A stretch of 63,678 bases of DNA, the filler included, from Octopus bimaculoides (lineage: Eukaryota): assembly GCF_001194135.2 (NCBI RefSeq). It is 8 parts of 7 records of this genome, joined end to end, with 100 filler letters (N's around TTAATTAATTAA, not from the genome) between each part and the next. Parts side by side here need not be neighbours in the genome. Positions count along the whole stretch, not along the records: positions 24,690 to 28,268 come from NW_026336419.1; positions 28,369 to 29,903 come from NW_026370096.1; positions 30,004 to 31,459 come from NW_026367009.1; positions 31,560 to 55,009 come from NC_069010.1; 4 more parts are not named here. One strand, 5' to 3'. Under the pieces are notes generated by a model. The model searched no databases, was not told the DNA's origin, and saw nothing but the letters and a program-made list of their open reading frames with translations. Shown one piece after another: positions 25,167 through 39,100 of the stretch. A program made the position numbers and the translations under genes. Position 1 is the stretch's first letter, and each line of letters opens with the position of its first letter.

Positions 25167-26416
25167 ATATATATACATATGCATATACATATAAATATAT
25201 ATGCATATATATATATATATATAAAAATTAAGTAGAGAGATACTATTAATAATCCAATAATTTATTTATATCATAATGTTACATAATATACTATGAATAT
25301 AATATGATATAATATCATATAACAAAAAAATTATTAAAAAAACCAAAAAGGCCAACAAATTATTCCGACTTATACATTTTCTGATGTATGTGCGCAATAA
25401 TAGTTCCTTTATATATATATATATGTCACTCCAGGGTCATGGTTTAAAGATAGACGAAATTCCGTGTGAAAGGACGGCTGGATTGTAAAAATTAATTCAA
25501 ACGTGTATGTATTATGAACGTGAGCATTAACAACTCAATCATGCATCAATTACGATTAAAACACAACAAAAACGCTCTAACGGACAATAAGACCTATTAA
25601 GTGCAATTCACAACCATCAATATTCACTTATTAGTTAATTTAAACAATAATTGCTTTTATATCAATTAATTTAAATAAATAGAAGAGTTATATATATATA
25701 TATACACACACCTATCTTATTATTGTATGTTCTGGTGACGAGGGACGCTCTCGGACATGAACGGGTTTCGATTGGTATGTGTTTGAGATGAAGTGAAGTG
25801 AATTTCGATGGCTGTGAATTGCACTTACTTGGCTGTGTCGTCCGTTAGTGTTTTTGTTGAATTTTTAATTGTAATTGATGTATGATTGAATAGTTAACGC
25901 TCATGATCATAATACATATACATTTGAATTAATGTTTGCAATTCAGCCGTCGTTTCACATGGAATTCCGTCTATCTTTAAACCATGACCCTGAACTGACA
26001 TATATATATAAGGGAACTATTATTGCGTATATATATATATATCAGAAAATGTATATACGTCGAAACAATTTGTTGGCTTTTTTCTTTTTTCTTAATAATT
26101 GTTTATATTATATAATATTATGTTATATTCATGATATATTATGTAATATTATGACATAAATAAATTATTGGAATATCAATAGTATCTCTCTATTTTATTT
26201 ATCTTTGTAATTGCATTAAATCCATATTTATATGGTATTTAACTGACGTACCAGTGAATTGGATGTTTAACATACCCCTTTGAAGGAACTCTTTTCCTCA
26301 GTTTCTTATTATATATTTATAGTAACATCAAACATCAAATCATCCTGCTAACTCACGCGTAGTTTGAGATGTATCCGCTTCCACTACAGTTTCCATCTCA
26401 TCATTATCCACCTTGG

Positions 26417-26475
<59 letters not shown>

Positions 26476-26536
26476 GTCTGTCTGTCTGTCTGTCTGATTG
26501 TCTGTGTGTATACCTGTATAACTGTCAGTCAGTCTG

Positions 26537-26604
<68 letters not shown>

Positions 26605-27011
26605 GCTATCTGTCTGTCTCCTTCCACTCCCTCACCTACCCCTTTTCTTCCGAATCTAATTTAATGAAATCAATGCTATCCCTTAATCAACTTCCAGCAA
26701 CAACAAGAACACCCTCAACAATACACAGAGATATACAAACATCTCTACAATACGTGCATATGAGTCTCGCTTTTTCCTTATGGTCTGTTCTCTCTCTTTA
26801 GCATTCAGCCTTGCTCTCTTGCACTTTAAATGCTTACTTGCCCATCATTATATTCACGTATTTGTGTGTATAATGGTGCTTAACACATGTTCACACACGT
26901 AAACACAGACACACGCATACACACACACACACACACACATACACTCACACACAAACATACACACACAATAATGTGCTATAAACAAAGAAATACGCCACAA
27001 TATGCATGCAT

Positions 27012-27042
<31 letters not shown>

Positions 27043-27191
27043 CTTTTATACATATATAGGCATATGTATGTGTGTGTGTGTGTGCATCCGTGCGTGTGTA
27101 TGTGTATGTTCGTATGTATGTATACATGTATGTGCATGTATATATACATATATACATATATATACATATATACATATATCTACAACGATTG

Positions 27192-27292
<101 letters not shown>

Positions 27293-27708
27293 CATATATG
27301 TGTGTATATGGGTGTGTATGTATATATATATATATATACATCAATTCATACATAGCTAAGAATACATAATCATTTCCTTCTCTTTGCTTCTCAAGGCGAG
27401 ATTCTTTTAATTTTAACCCATTCAAATGTCTGTCTAGCTTTGTCCCTCACTCACTCTCTCTCGCATCCCTTTCTCTCACTCTCCCTCTCACATTTCATCT
27501 CTTCTCTCTCTCATTTCATCTCTTCTCTCTCTCATTTCATCTCTCTCTCTCATTTCATCTCTCTATCTCTCTGCTTACCCTTGTTACTTTTCCGTCATCT
27601 CTTTTTGTCCCTTTCCCCAATGCCAACCTCTCCAACGCAATATCCTAATACACCCACCTCTTGTGCACAGGGCCACTTTACAACTATTTCGTTCCTTTCA
27701 TTCCCCAT

Positions 27709-27709
27709 T

Positions 27710-27792
<83 letters not shown>

Positions 27793-27809
27793 CTCTCTCT
27801 TTCTTTCCT

Positions 27810-27860
<51 letters not shown>
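27709..27860. repeat. (TTTC)n microsatellite, within a dense microsatellite zone (26400-28270: CTAT, CA, TA, TAC)
   Basis: Direct reading. Confidence 0.95.
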
Positions 27861-27881
27861 ATATACTGATANNNNNNNNNN

Positions 27882-27919
<38 letters not shown>

Positions 27920-28077
27920 CACACACACACATACTTATGTACACACACACACACACACATGCATATGTACATACATAAATATATGTACATATATATGCAC
28001 ACATGTATATCAAAATCTCTCTCTATTGTTATTGTTGTCACTGTTGTTGTAGTTCCTCATTTTCTTTTCCTTTTAAA

Positions 28078-28142
<65 letters not shown>

Positions 28143-28565
28143 ATGGTAATGACAATAATGATAATGATAATAATATTAAATACAGAAATTTATTCTTTTA
28201 TTTCATACGTATATATACGTGTATGTGTGCAATTGTACCTCTGATATATATATATATATATATATATANNNNNNNNNNNNNNNNNNNNNNNNNNNNNNNN
28301 NNNNNNNNNNNNTTAATTAATTAANNNNNNNNNNNNNNNNNNNNNNNNNNNNNNNNNNNNNNNNNNNNAAAATAATTTCATACAGTTTTGTTAAAAATAA
28401 ATTAATGAAGGAATAGAAGTGTCATCATCGGTCTTAAACTTATTTTGACCAGTGTATGTTCTCTCTTACTAGTGATGGGGCATCAGCTATAGTGGAAAGT
28501 AAAATGAGGTTCAATCCGCCCCTCTTCAAGAATCATCATAGCAGATAATGATGATTTCAAATTTC

Positions 28566-28754
28566 GGCACAAGGCTAGCAACTGCGTGCTGGGGTGAGTC
28601 GATCCCAGTACTCATCTGGTACTTATTTTATTGACCCTGAAAGGATGAAAGGCGAAGTCGACCTTGGCGTAATTTGAACTTAGCACGTGAAGACGGACGA
28701 AATGCCGTTAAGCATTTTGCCTAGCATGCTAACGATGCTACCAGTTCGTCGCCT
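28566..28754 (-). mobile_element. SINE family A
   Basis: Family homology. Confidence 0.8.
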
Positions 28755-29126
28755 TATGAAACAAATAATAACGTTATCAAGTTGTCACTAGGAAAACTTG
28801 TCGGCTTTTCAATGTGATATATTTGAGAATGTGAAGGAATAGTTTGCTGTTATTGTGAGCTACATCCGTGTACATACAATATAGTGAACCACTTTCAAAA
28901 GATGAAGTAAGATGTTTGTCAAAAGGACCCAGTTTAGATGGGTTCTTCTACTTCATTCGAATAATATATTCATAGTTATCTTATTGAGAAAACGCACTAG
29001 AGAAAATTTGACAGTAAAATTTGGACGGAATACCCAGCGTTCCTGACAGACATTATTTTATTATTTCGATAATTTCAAATTGGAGTTTCACGAGATGTTA
29101 ATGTTTACGCCATTGACATCCTTCGA

Positions 29127-29159
<33 letters not shown>

Positions 29160-29379
29160 AGTATCGTCTGTTTCAGGCACACCTCACGTAACTTATTTTG
29201 TGTATATAATTTTGCTATAGAATATATATTTATATAATTATGAAAAAATGCCTGCAATAGATGGAATCTTTTAAATATCTTTACTTACTACCAAACAATT
29301 TTATCAATGCTGCAACCGTAAGACAAACACCACCGAATAATTTTGAAAATCCCAGTGATATTTTGTGTCCAAATCTGTA

Positions 29380-29903
29380 AAAGAAAAATGGTATGTATAT
29401 GTTATAACTTGCTCAGGTTGTAGACACAACTATATAGGACAGACAGCCAATACACTTAAACGGAGAACCACACTACATAAGGAATGATCCGTCTCCCACA
29501 GTACAGACAGATTCCTTTGAGTGAACACATAGAGAGATGTGCAGGTAATATCCAACCAAACTTCACAGTTTTCCCCATCTACCAGTGCAAAGAATCAATT
29601 TATGTACAAGAACGTTTAAATAAAGAAAATTTCACTGGACGATACCTCAACTTCAATTCCCACCATCCATACAGTGTAAAGAGAGGAATTGCTCAATGCC
29701 TAAAACATCGAGCAAAGAATATAAGTGGCGATCGTGATACCCACCACGAAGAAATCATCAAGCTCAGTAACAATCTATTAAGCAACAACTACCTTAAAAC
29801 ATACTATCCACTCCAATTATGAAGAAAAGAGAGGATGAAACCAATAAACTGCCCACAATCTGTCTACCCTATGTGAAAGCCTTCTCCGAAAAGATACAAA
29901 AGA
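29380..29903 (+). mobile_element. Penelope-like fragments: GIY-YIG piece joined to an RT-thumb piece
   Basis: VITCSGCRHNYIGQTANTLKRRTTLHK / IRLPQYRQIPLSEHI...CA (endonuclease), then TGRYLNFNSHHPYSVKRGI...RAKNI and ICLPYVKAFSEKIQK (thumb). Confidence 0.75.
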
Positions 29904-30349
29904 NNNNNNNNNNNNNNNNNNNNNNNNNNNNNNNNNNNNNNNNNNNNTTAATTAATTAANNNNNNNNNNNNNNNNNNNNNNNNNNNNNNNNNNNNNNNNN
30001 NNNAGAATTGATAAATTGTGAAGATTTGAAAACAATAAAGCAAAAAAATTAATCTCAACACTAATATGACGCTAAATCGAGAAACTGAAATAAGAGAAAT
30101 ACAAGAAATACAGACATGTTCAGAAAGAGTACTAATCCCAAACCAAATAATATGTAGGAAATTATATTACAAGCGCATTAGATTAACACGTAAAAGAGGA
30201 CAGGATGCAAAGAAAAATAAGGCAATGTGCAACACTAATAATGTATAGCTGTAATATTCTCTCCTGGAGGCTGAATGNNNNNNNNNNGCAACACTAATAA
30301 TGTATAGCTGTAATATTCTCTCCTGGAGGCTGAATGAATTAACAAGTCT

Positions 30350-31450
30350 AGACAGAAAAAGAAAGAAAAATAATTGCTGTATTTAGAAAACAGCGCGAAA
30401 AATGTGACAGAATGATTACATGTACTAGAAACTGAAGGAGGTAGGGACCTTACGCAACCCGAAGCGTATTATGAAATATCAACTGTAGGACTACAATAAT
30501 ATTTAGTCAAAAAATTACGGAAAACTTACAAACAGCTACAAACGATTAAAATGAAAAATAGTTTTCTATCTTCAAGGAAGCAATAAATAAAATGGAGATT
30601 CATGTGATAAACAGAAGTGAAGAGAAAGAAAAATTGGCAAGAGATATAAAGTAAACTCTAATAAAACTGTGTTAAAATGGGGTTGTATAGACAACACCTG
30701 ATGAAACTAAACAGGGTAGAAATAGACCAAGAAAATTAAGCAGTGACTGGCAAGCACCGAAGTTCAAGGGTTTCTTCGGTGTAAGAAAGTTAAATGTATT
30801 CCAGAAGCGGGATACATTAAGTAACTTCAGAATATGTGCGAACTGGAAAGAAATAGTTTCCAAAATTTTATATGGTTGTCCAGGAATAGGTGCTTATATA
30901 TTGGTTTCAAATTTTGACACAAAGCCAACAACATTGACCCAAGTGCTCTGCTGGTACTTATTTTATCTACCCCGAAAGGATGAAAGGCATACACAACTTT
31001 GGCGGAATTTGAACTCAGAACGTAAAGAGTGACAAAATGCCGCAAAGCATTTTGCCCGGCGTACAAACGATTCTGCCAACTCATCACCTTCGGGTGTTTA
31101 TATATTGGCATTTATACAAGGGAGAAAAGGTGTCGCATAATCATCTATTAGAAGATGACCCAAAAATGATGATGAGATATCCAGTAAGATATGACAATCT
31201 ACGTGGACAAAAAGATGAGACAAATCAGCGAGATAGTGTTGTGAAGGACCACTAGCAAAGTTCTTTCTAATATAAATTTCATTTGCGACAGACGATAGTG
31301 AATTTCTAAAAGAAAAGGAAGGGATGTCCAATAATAAAGATCTGGCAACAGAGATACTCTTTATGTACAGTCTGAAAAAAATCCCTATAGCAATAGGTCT
31401 CTTAGGAATGATTTTATAAGCATGAAAACGCCAAGACAACAAATGTGGAA
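30350..31450 (+). mobile_element. Highly degenerate R4/Dong-clade LINE, interrupted by a SINE A (~30905-31082, -)
   Basis: GGRDLTQPEAYYEISTVGLQ (RT C-terminal GGRGL motif), NQRDSVVKDH (NRPD-like) and KEKEGMSNNKDLATEILFMYSLKKIPIAIGLLGMI (RLE). Confidence 0.6.
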
Positions 31451-31822
31451 ATTACACAANNNNNNNNNNNNNNNNNNNNNNNNNNNNNNNNNNNNNNNNN
31501 NNNTTAATTAATTAANNNNNNNNNNNNNNNNNNNNNNNNNNNNNNNNNNNNNNNNNNNNTATATATATATATATATATGTATACATACATAACTATTCAA
31601 TGTGTCAAGTGTAACCTTCACATTTCAAATTCCAGAACTTCCAACCAAACCTCAATTAAATAAAACAACACACAAACACACACACATACATGCATTCATT
31701 CATGAAAACACACTCACGCAAATATTTCATCATACACCTGCACGCACAATTTCGTCAGCTACATGCATTGGAATTCAACACAATCCCTTCTCTCTCTCTC
31801 TCTCTCTTTCACTCGTTCTCTG

Positions 31823-31858
<36 letters not shown>

Positions 31859-32145
31859 ACATAGTGTTAACTACACATTTCAACAAATGTACATATTACA
31901 CACACGCACGTGCACACACACGTACGTGCACACACACACACATATATTTGAAGCTGATGATTTCGTCCATCCATCGTCCTTCGTTATTTTGCTGATGTGT
32001 TTTGCATTTAAGCTCCAGAAATGTAAACCTTAATTAAACAAACTCGGAGCAACAACATCGCTAAGGATAAGCTTTGACTGAATCAGAAATAAATTCTATG
32101 TATTGATTACGTGTGTGACTCTTTATGTATTTAGTTATTGCAAGT

Positions 32146-32850
32146 GTGGTTAAGAAATTTGCTTGCTAACAACATGGTTCAGGGTTCAGTCCCACTGTGT
32201 AGTATCTTGGCAGCTGGGTCATCGTTTAATGTCCGCTTTCCATGCTAGCATGGGTTGGACGATTTGCTTGAGGACTGGCGAACCAGAAGGCTACACCAGG
32301 CTCCAATCTAATTTGGCAGAGTTTCTACAGCTGGATGCCCTTCCTAACACCAACCACTCCGAGAGTGTAATGGGTGCTTTTATGTGCCACCAGCACGAGG
32401 GCCAGTCAGGCGGTACTGGCAACGGCCACGCTCAAAATGGTGTTTTTTACGTGCCACCCGCACAGGAGCCAGTCCAGGGGCACTGTCAACGACCTCACTC
32501 GAATGTTTTATATATTATAACAATTGCAGCGTGGAAGGTGTTTATAAGCCATTTTAAGAAACACACAAAAACCTGTTAGATTCACTTCAACATTTAAATT
32601 TAATTTGCTAAAATATTTTCGTCACTTTGAGACCACGACCTGTTTGTCCCCACCACCACCACCACCATCGCTTGACAACCGACTCTGATGTGTTTACGTC
32701 CCTGTAACTTAGTGGTTCAGCAAAAGAGACCAATAGGTTAAGTACTAGGCTTACAAAGAATACGTCCTGAGGTCAATTTTTTTCGTCTGAAGGCGGTGCT
32801 CCAGCATGGCCGCAGTCAAATGACTGAGACAAATGAATGAATAAAAGAAT
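32146..32850 (+). mobile_element. SINE family B split by a nested opposite-strand repeat (~32219-32500; RTE-tail-like end CCAACCCATGCTAGCATGGAAAGCGGAC..AAACGATG)
   Basis: Head at ~32146-32215 and tail at ~32640-32850. A short copy of the nested element's end, with (CAT)n, lies at ~47710-47758. Confidence 0.65.
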
Positions 32851-33111
32851 ATACACACACACACACACATAGTAATCTTTTCTTTTTCTACTTGTTTTTT
32901 TCAGTGTGACCCCTGACTGACCAGAAGCAGGCCTGCCTCCAACCAGTCCAATCCAGTCCAGACAAGACATCTGAACAATCCTTTTATTTATTAATCTATT
33001 TATCTGTCTATTTACCCGCCCGCTTAAATATCTACATTTATATTTATCTATATATCTATATTTATCTACATTCTATATATACATATATATATATATACAT
33101 ATATCTACCCA

Positions 33112-36100
33112 ATGGCTGTACAATTCTCAAACAGGACCCTATTGTCCACCACTGACCAAAACAACCACCGATACTGGGCCGAGTTTGAATACAAACCAGT
33201 GAAGGAAGGAAGCAGCATGTACGTCTTCAAGGGTCGACTCAACGGCGATGGCCCCAGATCGGGAGAATACTGTGCTGTTAAGATGTTCCGCAAGTTCGTT
33301 GCGGAACCCTCCGACTGGAACCAATATGTGGCAAAGGCAAACATGGTGAACATCTTGGCGGAGAAATTCAACAACAAGCTGAAAGGCCAGTATAAAGTAC
33401 AGTTCTTGATTCCGATTTTGGCACACCTTGACACGGTATCTACCTGTACCGGTTGTCTTTACTGGTGCTCTGACATCAAGGCCATCGACACAGACGATTG
33501 CGTGGTCATTGAACCGTATTTACGCCACGGTTTTCGAAAGTTTTATCGCAACAGTCCATTAAAAGGGGCTGAAAATGCTTACATCTTGCAGGCCTTTAGT
33601 CATTTTACTGCTTGTGAAACTTGCGATACCTTGGTCTGTGGCCTCCAAGGTATCGCACACGAGAACGAGTTCAAACTGACCAATCCCATCATACACTCGT
33701 CTGACAAGCAGTGGGGGTCAACGGATAGAGGTCGGTCGGGCATAAAGAGTTTTTTTAGGAATCACTCGTGCAATCGGATCTGTAAAACTTTGAACTTGCC
33801 GTTTCTGCTGGAGACGAATGAAATCAACGACAGCGTGTCGACGATAAATAACGGTGAAGACGAAGAGGCCGCGGAAGAGGATGACGTGAAAAATTCCGGT
33901 GAAACGAGGAAAACGAAAATGAGAGACGCAAACGTTGGGACCGATTCTGATAACTTTGGTGAAGAGACACTCGTGAAAGAATTAGCTGAAACAACGAAAA
34001 AAGATAACGAGAGTGATGGTAATGACAGAGAAGGGAAACAAGATCAAGAGGATGAGGGCAAGGAAGATAAAAAGGCTGTGGGTGGGAAGAAATTGGATGA
34101 GAACACTGAAGAAGATGCAGAACATAAGGAAGAAGGGATAGACGCGAATGTGGAAAAGAAGCCAGGGGAAATTGCTGAAAAGAGCAGGGAAAAGAAGGCA
34201 GAGAGCAAAATTGATAAAAGTGTGGAAACTGAGCCATTTAACAAGGTGGAAGACCTGGCTGATTTTGGTGGAAGAAATGAATCTGTGATGGGTGAGAAAA
34301 ACCTCCCGGTTGTAAACGAGGGAGTCCAGGCCACTGTAAATGCACGAGTTGAGCCCAGTGTTAGTCCAAGAATAACAGCTGGGGTGTTTGTGGAACAGGG
34401 CCCTCTTTTAAGGGTGGAAAGTGAACCCGGCATGTATCTGGAAGAGGGCCCATCAGTAAGCGCCGCCGACGGAATTGGTAAAAGTGTGGAAGTAGATACA
34501 AATAAAGTTGATGAAATTGTACAGAAGAATCTCGAGTCTGTTGGAAGCGTTACTGAGTTGGATGTTAGAACTGACGGGGAATCAGCTTCCTATGTAGCTG
34601 GTACCCCTTTGAAAGTAACCCGAGGACATACTGGAGCAGCGTCGACACCAAGCAATGAAATCACTGTGATATCTGGATCTTTTGATGAGAGCTTTAAGAG
34701 GAGTCCAACGTCTGACGGCCATGACCATCCCTACAGTAGCGATAGCAGCATCAACGAAATCAACTACAACGATTTCGGTGCTGATAAGAAACCGTCGGAA
34801 CCCATTGCGGTTGCAGGAGGAGAAACGAGTTTCTATGGCAAACACAATTTGGTACCAAATTACGAGGACGAGGAGAATGACGATATGGGAATGGATTCAG
34901 GGCCACCACATCACCGAGATGAAATTTACTTGCCGCCAAAGATTCTGCAGACGCCACCCAGCAACCGCACTGGGCGAATATTCGTGGTTCCAGTCTGCCG
35001 ACAGACGGGTTCCGTGAGGAGTGCTACAAGTTCTGCTTCAGTGACGCCACCGGTTCTCTTAGAAACAGTCAGCCTAATCTGTCGGTGCCCAGCAAGTTTC
35101 CAGCCCATAGCCAGCAGCGACGATGTCGGTATTGGCGTTGGAAATAGCCCCAGTAGCAGGACCACCTCTCCTCTTCCACCTCTCTCTCCTATAAGTACAG
35201 ATGAAATGAAAACAGATGGATGGTCGGAGCAGAGTTCAGATTTGGGCCCATCCACAGCAGCCAAGGATCACCCTAATCCCCCATTGCCCTTATTTTCATC
35301 AACTCCTACTCCTGTTGAACCGCCTCCCCTTCTTTCTCCTCCTCCCGCTGAATTACCTCCCCTTCCTCCTACCCCTCATCCTGCTGCCACTGCTAGGAAC
35401 AGCATCACCACCCCACCGTCACCTTCAACAATGGCATCGACGTCAGCTTTGCCCAGGTGCTTGAGGCAACTGACCAGCTGCTGCTCGCTGCGCATGTCAA
35501 AGAAGAAGAAGAAGAAGAAGAAAAAGGAGAAAGACGAGAGCCCTGGGTCAGCGACAGATCCTGTCCCGCTGTCACAGACTTCGGAAACCGAGGTGCCAGT
35601 GGAAACTTCCAGTTCCAAAAGCAGCGGGAAAAGACGGAGCAGGAGTTGGCGTACGGCATGGCGCAGTCCGAAAACAAGCGGAACTTGTAGCACGTCCGAC
35701 ACAGAGGCATCCAGTCCAAAGAAGCCTGCCATGGTGTCGATCGAAATGAGTGCCCCAGAGGAGGGTGACGGCACCGTTTGTCCGAAGAACCCGTTCCAAA
35801 TGGTAACAGATGGCCGCGACGAAGAAAACAATCGCAACAACAACAACAACGATGACGATTATTACGTCAACGCTTACATCAACAACAATAATAATAATAT
35901 TAATAATAATGACACTAGTGGTGTTGCTGGGAGTGATGGTCAGTGTTATATTAACAACAACCGCGACCAAAACCACACCCATCAGATGGTTTTACAAAAG
36001 GCTTTTGTGGAAAAGGGGCAGCGGTTTACCTCGCCCCCACCACTGCTTCTTGACTCTGGACAGCCAGAGAGTAGTACCTATTGGGAGTACCACTGTATGA

Positions 36101-39100
36101 ATCCAGACGAAAGAGGAGCTGTTGGTGGCGGTGTTGGTGGTTGTAGATGCTGTGGTGGTGCAGGTGGTAGCTGTAGTTGTTGTGGTAGCAGTGGCGAAAG
36201 GGATTTTCCTCGGACGGTTTCCGATAACAGGACGCCACCACAGCTGGAAACGAGCATGAATGGCAGCAGTATCTCCATGACAACAGCAGACACTGATGCT
36301 GGCGCCGGTGAACCAAATCATCATGAGTACGACACGCTTCCAAGACGGACTTTCGATATGGGTTTCGAGCCAAACCGTGGCGGTATCTGCGATACATTAC
36401 CATGCAGGGGGGACCTTTTCACCGTCGAAGTCCACTACAATGGTGAAGCTGTTACAGACTATAGGTCTGACCCAGCTGCAGCAATGTCGACGATGACAAC
36501 AGCGGTGATGACGCCGCCAAAACTAGAAGCAATGACAGTAGCAACGACATCTGCAATGCCATTGTCATCGTCTTTGACAGAAATCATAGAAATGGTGCCG
36601 AAGGACAGCATCGCAGACGTCGATCCAAGGTTACCTGCTGACGGATGCCCGCCACAGATGCATGACCGTGAGAGCGGTAGCGGTCAGACCCTTTCTGGAT
36701 CTGAAACGACGGGTGTAACGACAGCAGGCGGAGTAGGAAGCGTTGGCGTTGCATTACGAGCAGAAGAGAATGATGAGGAGGAGGCGGTGGCAAAAGAAGA
36801 AGTATCAATAGTATCACCCTCCTTGGGATCAACCTCACAAACTGCCGGAGGAGCAATAACAGCAGCAGAAACAATGGAGTTAACTCAAGCTGATAGAATA
36901 CCAACATCTTCACAGTCACCATTCTTAAAATCTTCGGTAAACACTCTTAATTCTGGAACCCCAGACACCGAAGGAACAGCTTCTGTGTTTTCAGGGTCAG
37001 TTCAAACAGGTACCGACAACGCTAGTGACGGTGCCTCGACGGCTGGTGTCAAACCCATCACACCAAAATGCTATGACGATGTTGCGTCATCACTCGCCAC
37101 TACACCAACACCGTTGTCGTCATCATCATCATCATCGTCGTCTTCTTCATCGACGTTATTGTTATTGCCCGGTAGAGGAACGTTACAAAAAGCTCGGACA
37201 GAAGTAATGGAGAAGATCTCAACGTCAACAGACGATCGTTCATCAGAGTGTCCGAGGTTGGACATTCCGAACATTCCACTTTTGCTTTCAGAAGATGTCG
37301 ATGGTGATGGTGGTGATGGTGGTGACGGTGATGGAAAAACTGTTGCTGGTGGTGCCGAAGATACTGCTGACATACCATATATTGATGAATGCGATTCAGA
37401 TGACAGTGTGCAACAACAACAGCAACAGCAACAACAACGTGAACAAGATGAGCAAAGTTCTGGCAAGGCACGAATCGATAGTTACGCCCTTGATCATCAC
37501 GTATGTAAACATCAACAGCAGTCTCTTGTGGTACCTTCCAGTGACATATGCAGTGAAGATCAGCAACAACAACAACAACACCAACAATCGCTTGAGGTAC
37601 CTTTTAATGATGCATACGGTGAAGAACAGCAAAAGCACCGACAATTCCTCGAGGTACCTTACAGCGACATAGATAGCGAGCAACAGCAATCTGAAGTACC
37701 TGTTGATGTGTGTTGGCAAGAAAAGCAACAACAATATGAGGTACCTGTCAGTGATACATATGAACAACAGCAAGACAAAGAATCTGAGGTACCTGTTCAT
37801 ATCTATGGTCAGGAACAGCAACATGAGTTGCCTGTTAGTGGCACATTTGGTCAACAACCACAGCAGCAATGCCAGCCATCTGAGGTACCTTTTAGTGACA
37901 TACATGGTCAGGATCAGCAGCAACAAACTGTGGTACTTTCTAGTGACATATATAGTCAACAACAAACTGAGGTACCTTCTAGTGACATATACAGTCAACA
38001 ACAAACTGAGGTACCTTCTAGTGGCATATGTAGTCAACAACAAACTGAGGCACCTTCTAGTGACATATATAGTCAACAACAAACTGAGGTACCTTCTAGT
38101 GATATATATAGTCGACAACAAACTGAGGTACCGTCTAGTGGCATATACAGTCAACAACAAACTGAGGTACCTTCTAGTGACATATACAGTCAACAACAAA
38201 CTGAAGTGCCTTCTAGTGACATATATAGTCGCCAACAAACTGAGGTACCTTCTAGTGAAATATATAGTCAACAACAAACTGAGGTACCTTCTAGTGAAAT
38301 ATATAGTCAACAGCAAACTGAGGTACCACCTACTGATGTACATGGGCAACAACACTATCATCAATCTGAGGTACCTTCCAGTAATATATATAGTCGGGAA
38401 CAAAATCAACAAGCTGAGGTACCATCTACTGACATATATGGCCAACAACAGCAATATCAACAATCTGGGGTACCTTCTACTGACATATATGGTCAACAGC
38501 AACAACATCAGCAATTTGAGGTACCCTCTACTGACATATATGGTCAGCAAGAATATCAACAATCTGAAGTACCTTCTAGTGAAATATATAGTGAACAATC
38601 TAAGGTACCTTCTACCAACATATATGACCAACAACAGTATCAACCATCTGAGGTACCTTCTGCTGACATACATAGTCAACAACAGCAGTTTGAGGTACCC
38701 TCTACTGATATATATGGTCAACAACAGTACCAACAAACTGAGGAACCATCTAGCAATATATATAGTCAACAACAGCAATTTGAGGTACCCTCTAGCGATA
38801 TATATTGTCAACAACAACAATCTCAGATACCTTCTAGTGACATATATAGTCAGCAACAACAACAAACTGGGGTACCTTCTAGCAACATATATAGTCAACG
38901 ACAGCAATTTGAGGTACCCTCTACTGACGTATTTGGTCAACCTCAGTACCAACAAACTGAGAGACCTTCTGACATATATGATCAACAACATCAACCATCT
39001 GAGGTACCATCTACTAACATGTATAGTCAGCAACAGCAATTTGAGGTACCCTCTACTGATGTATATCGTCAACAACAATATCAGCAATCTGAGGTACCTT

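Noticed and set aside
30692-30730. ACAC-CTGATGA...AGAAA hammerhead-like core
   Set aside because: No convincing stem II or stem I partner, and it lies inside decayed R4/Dong coding sequence; likely chance.
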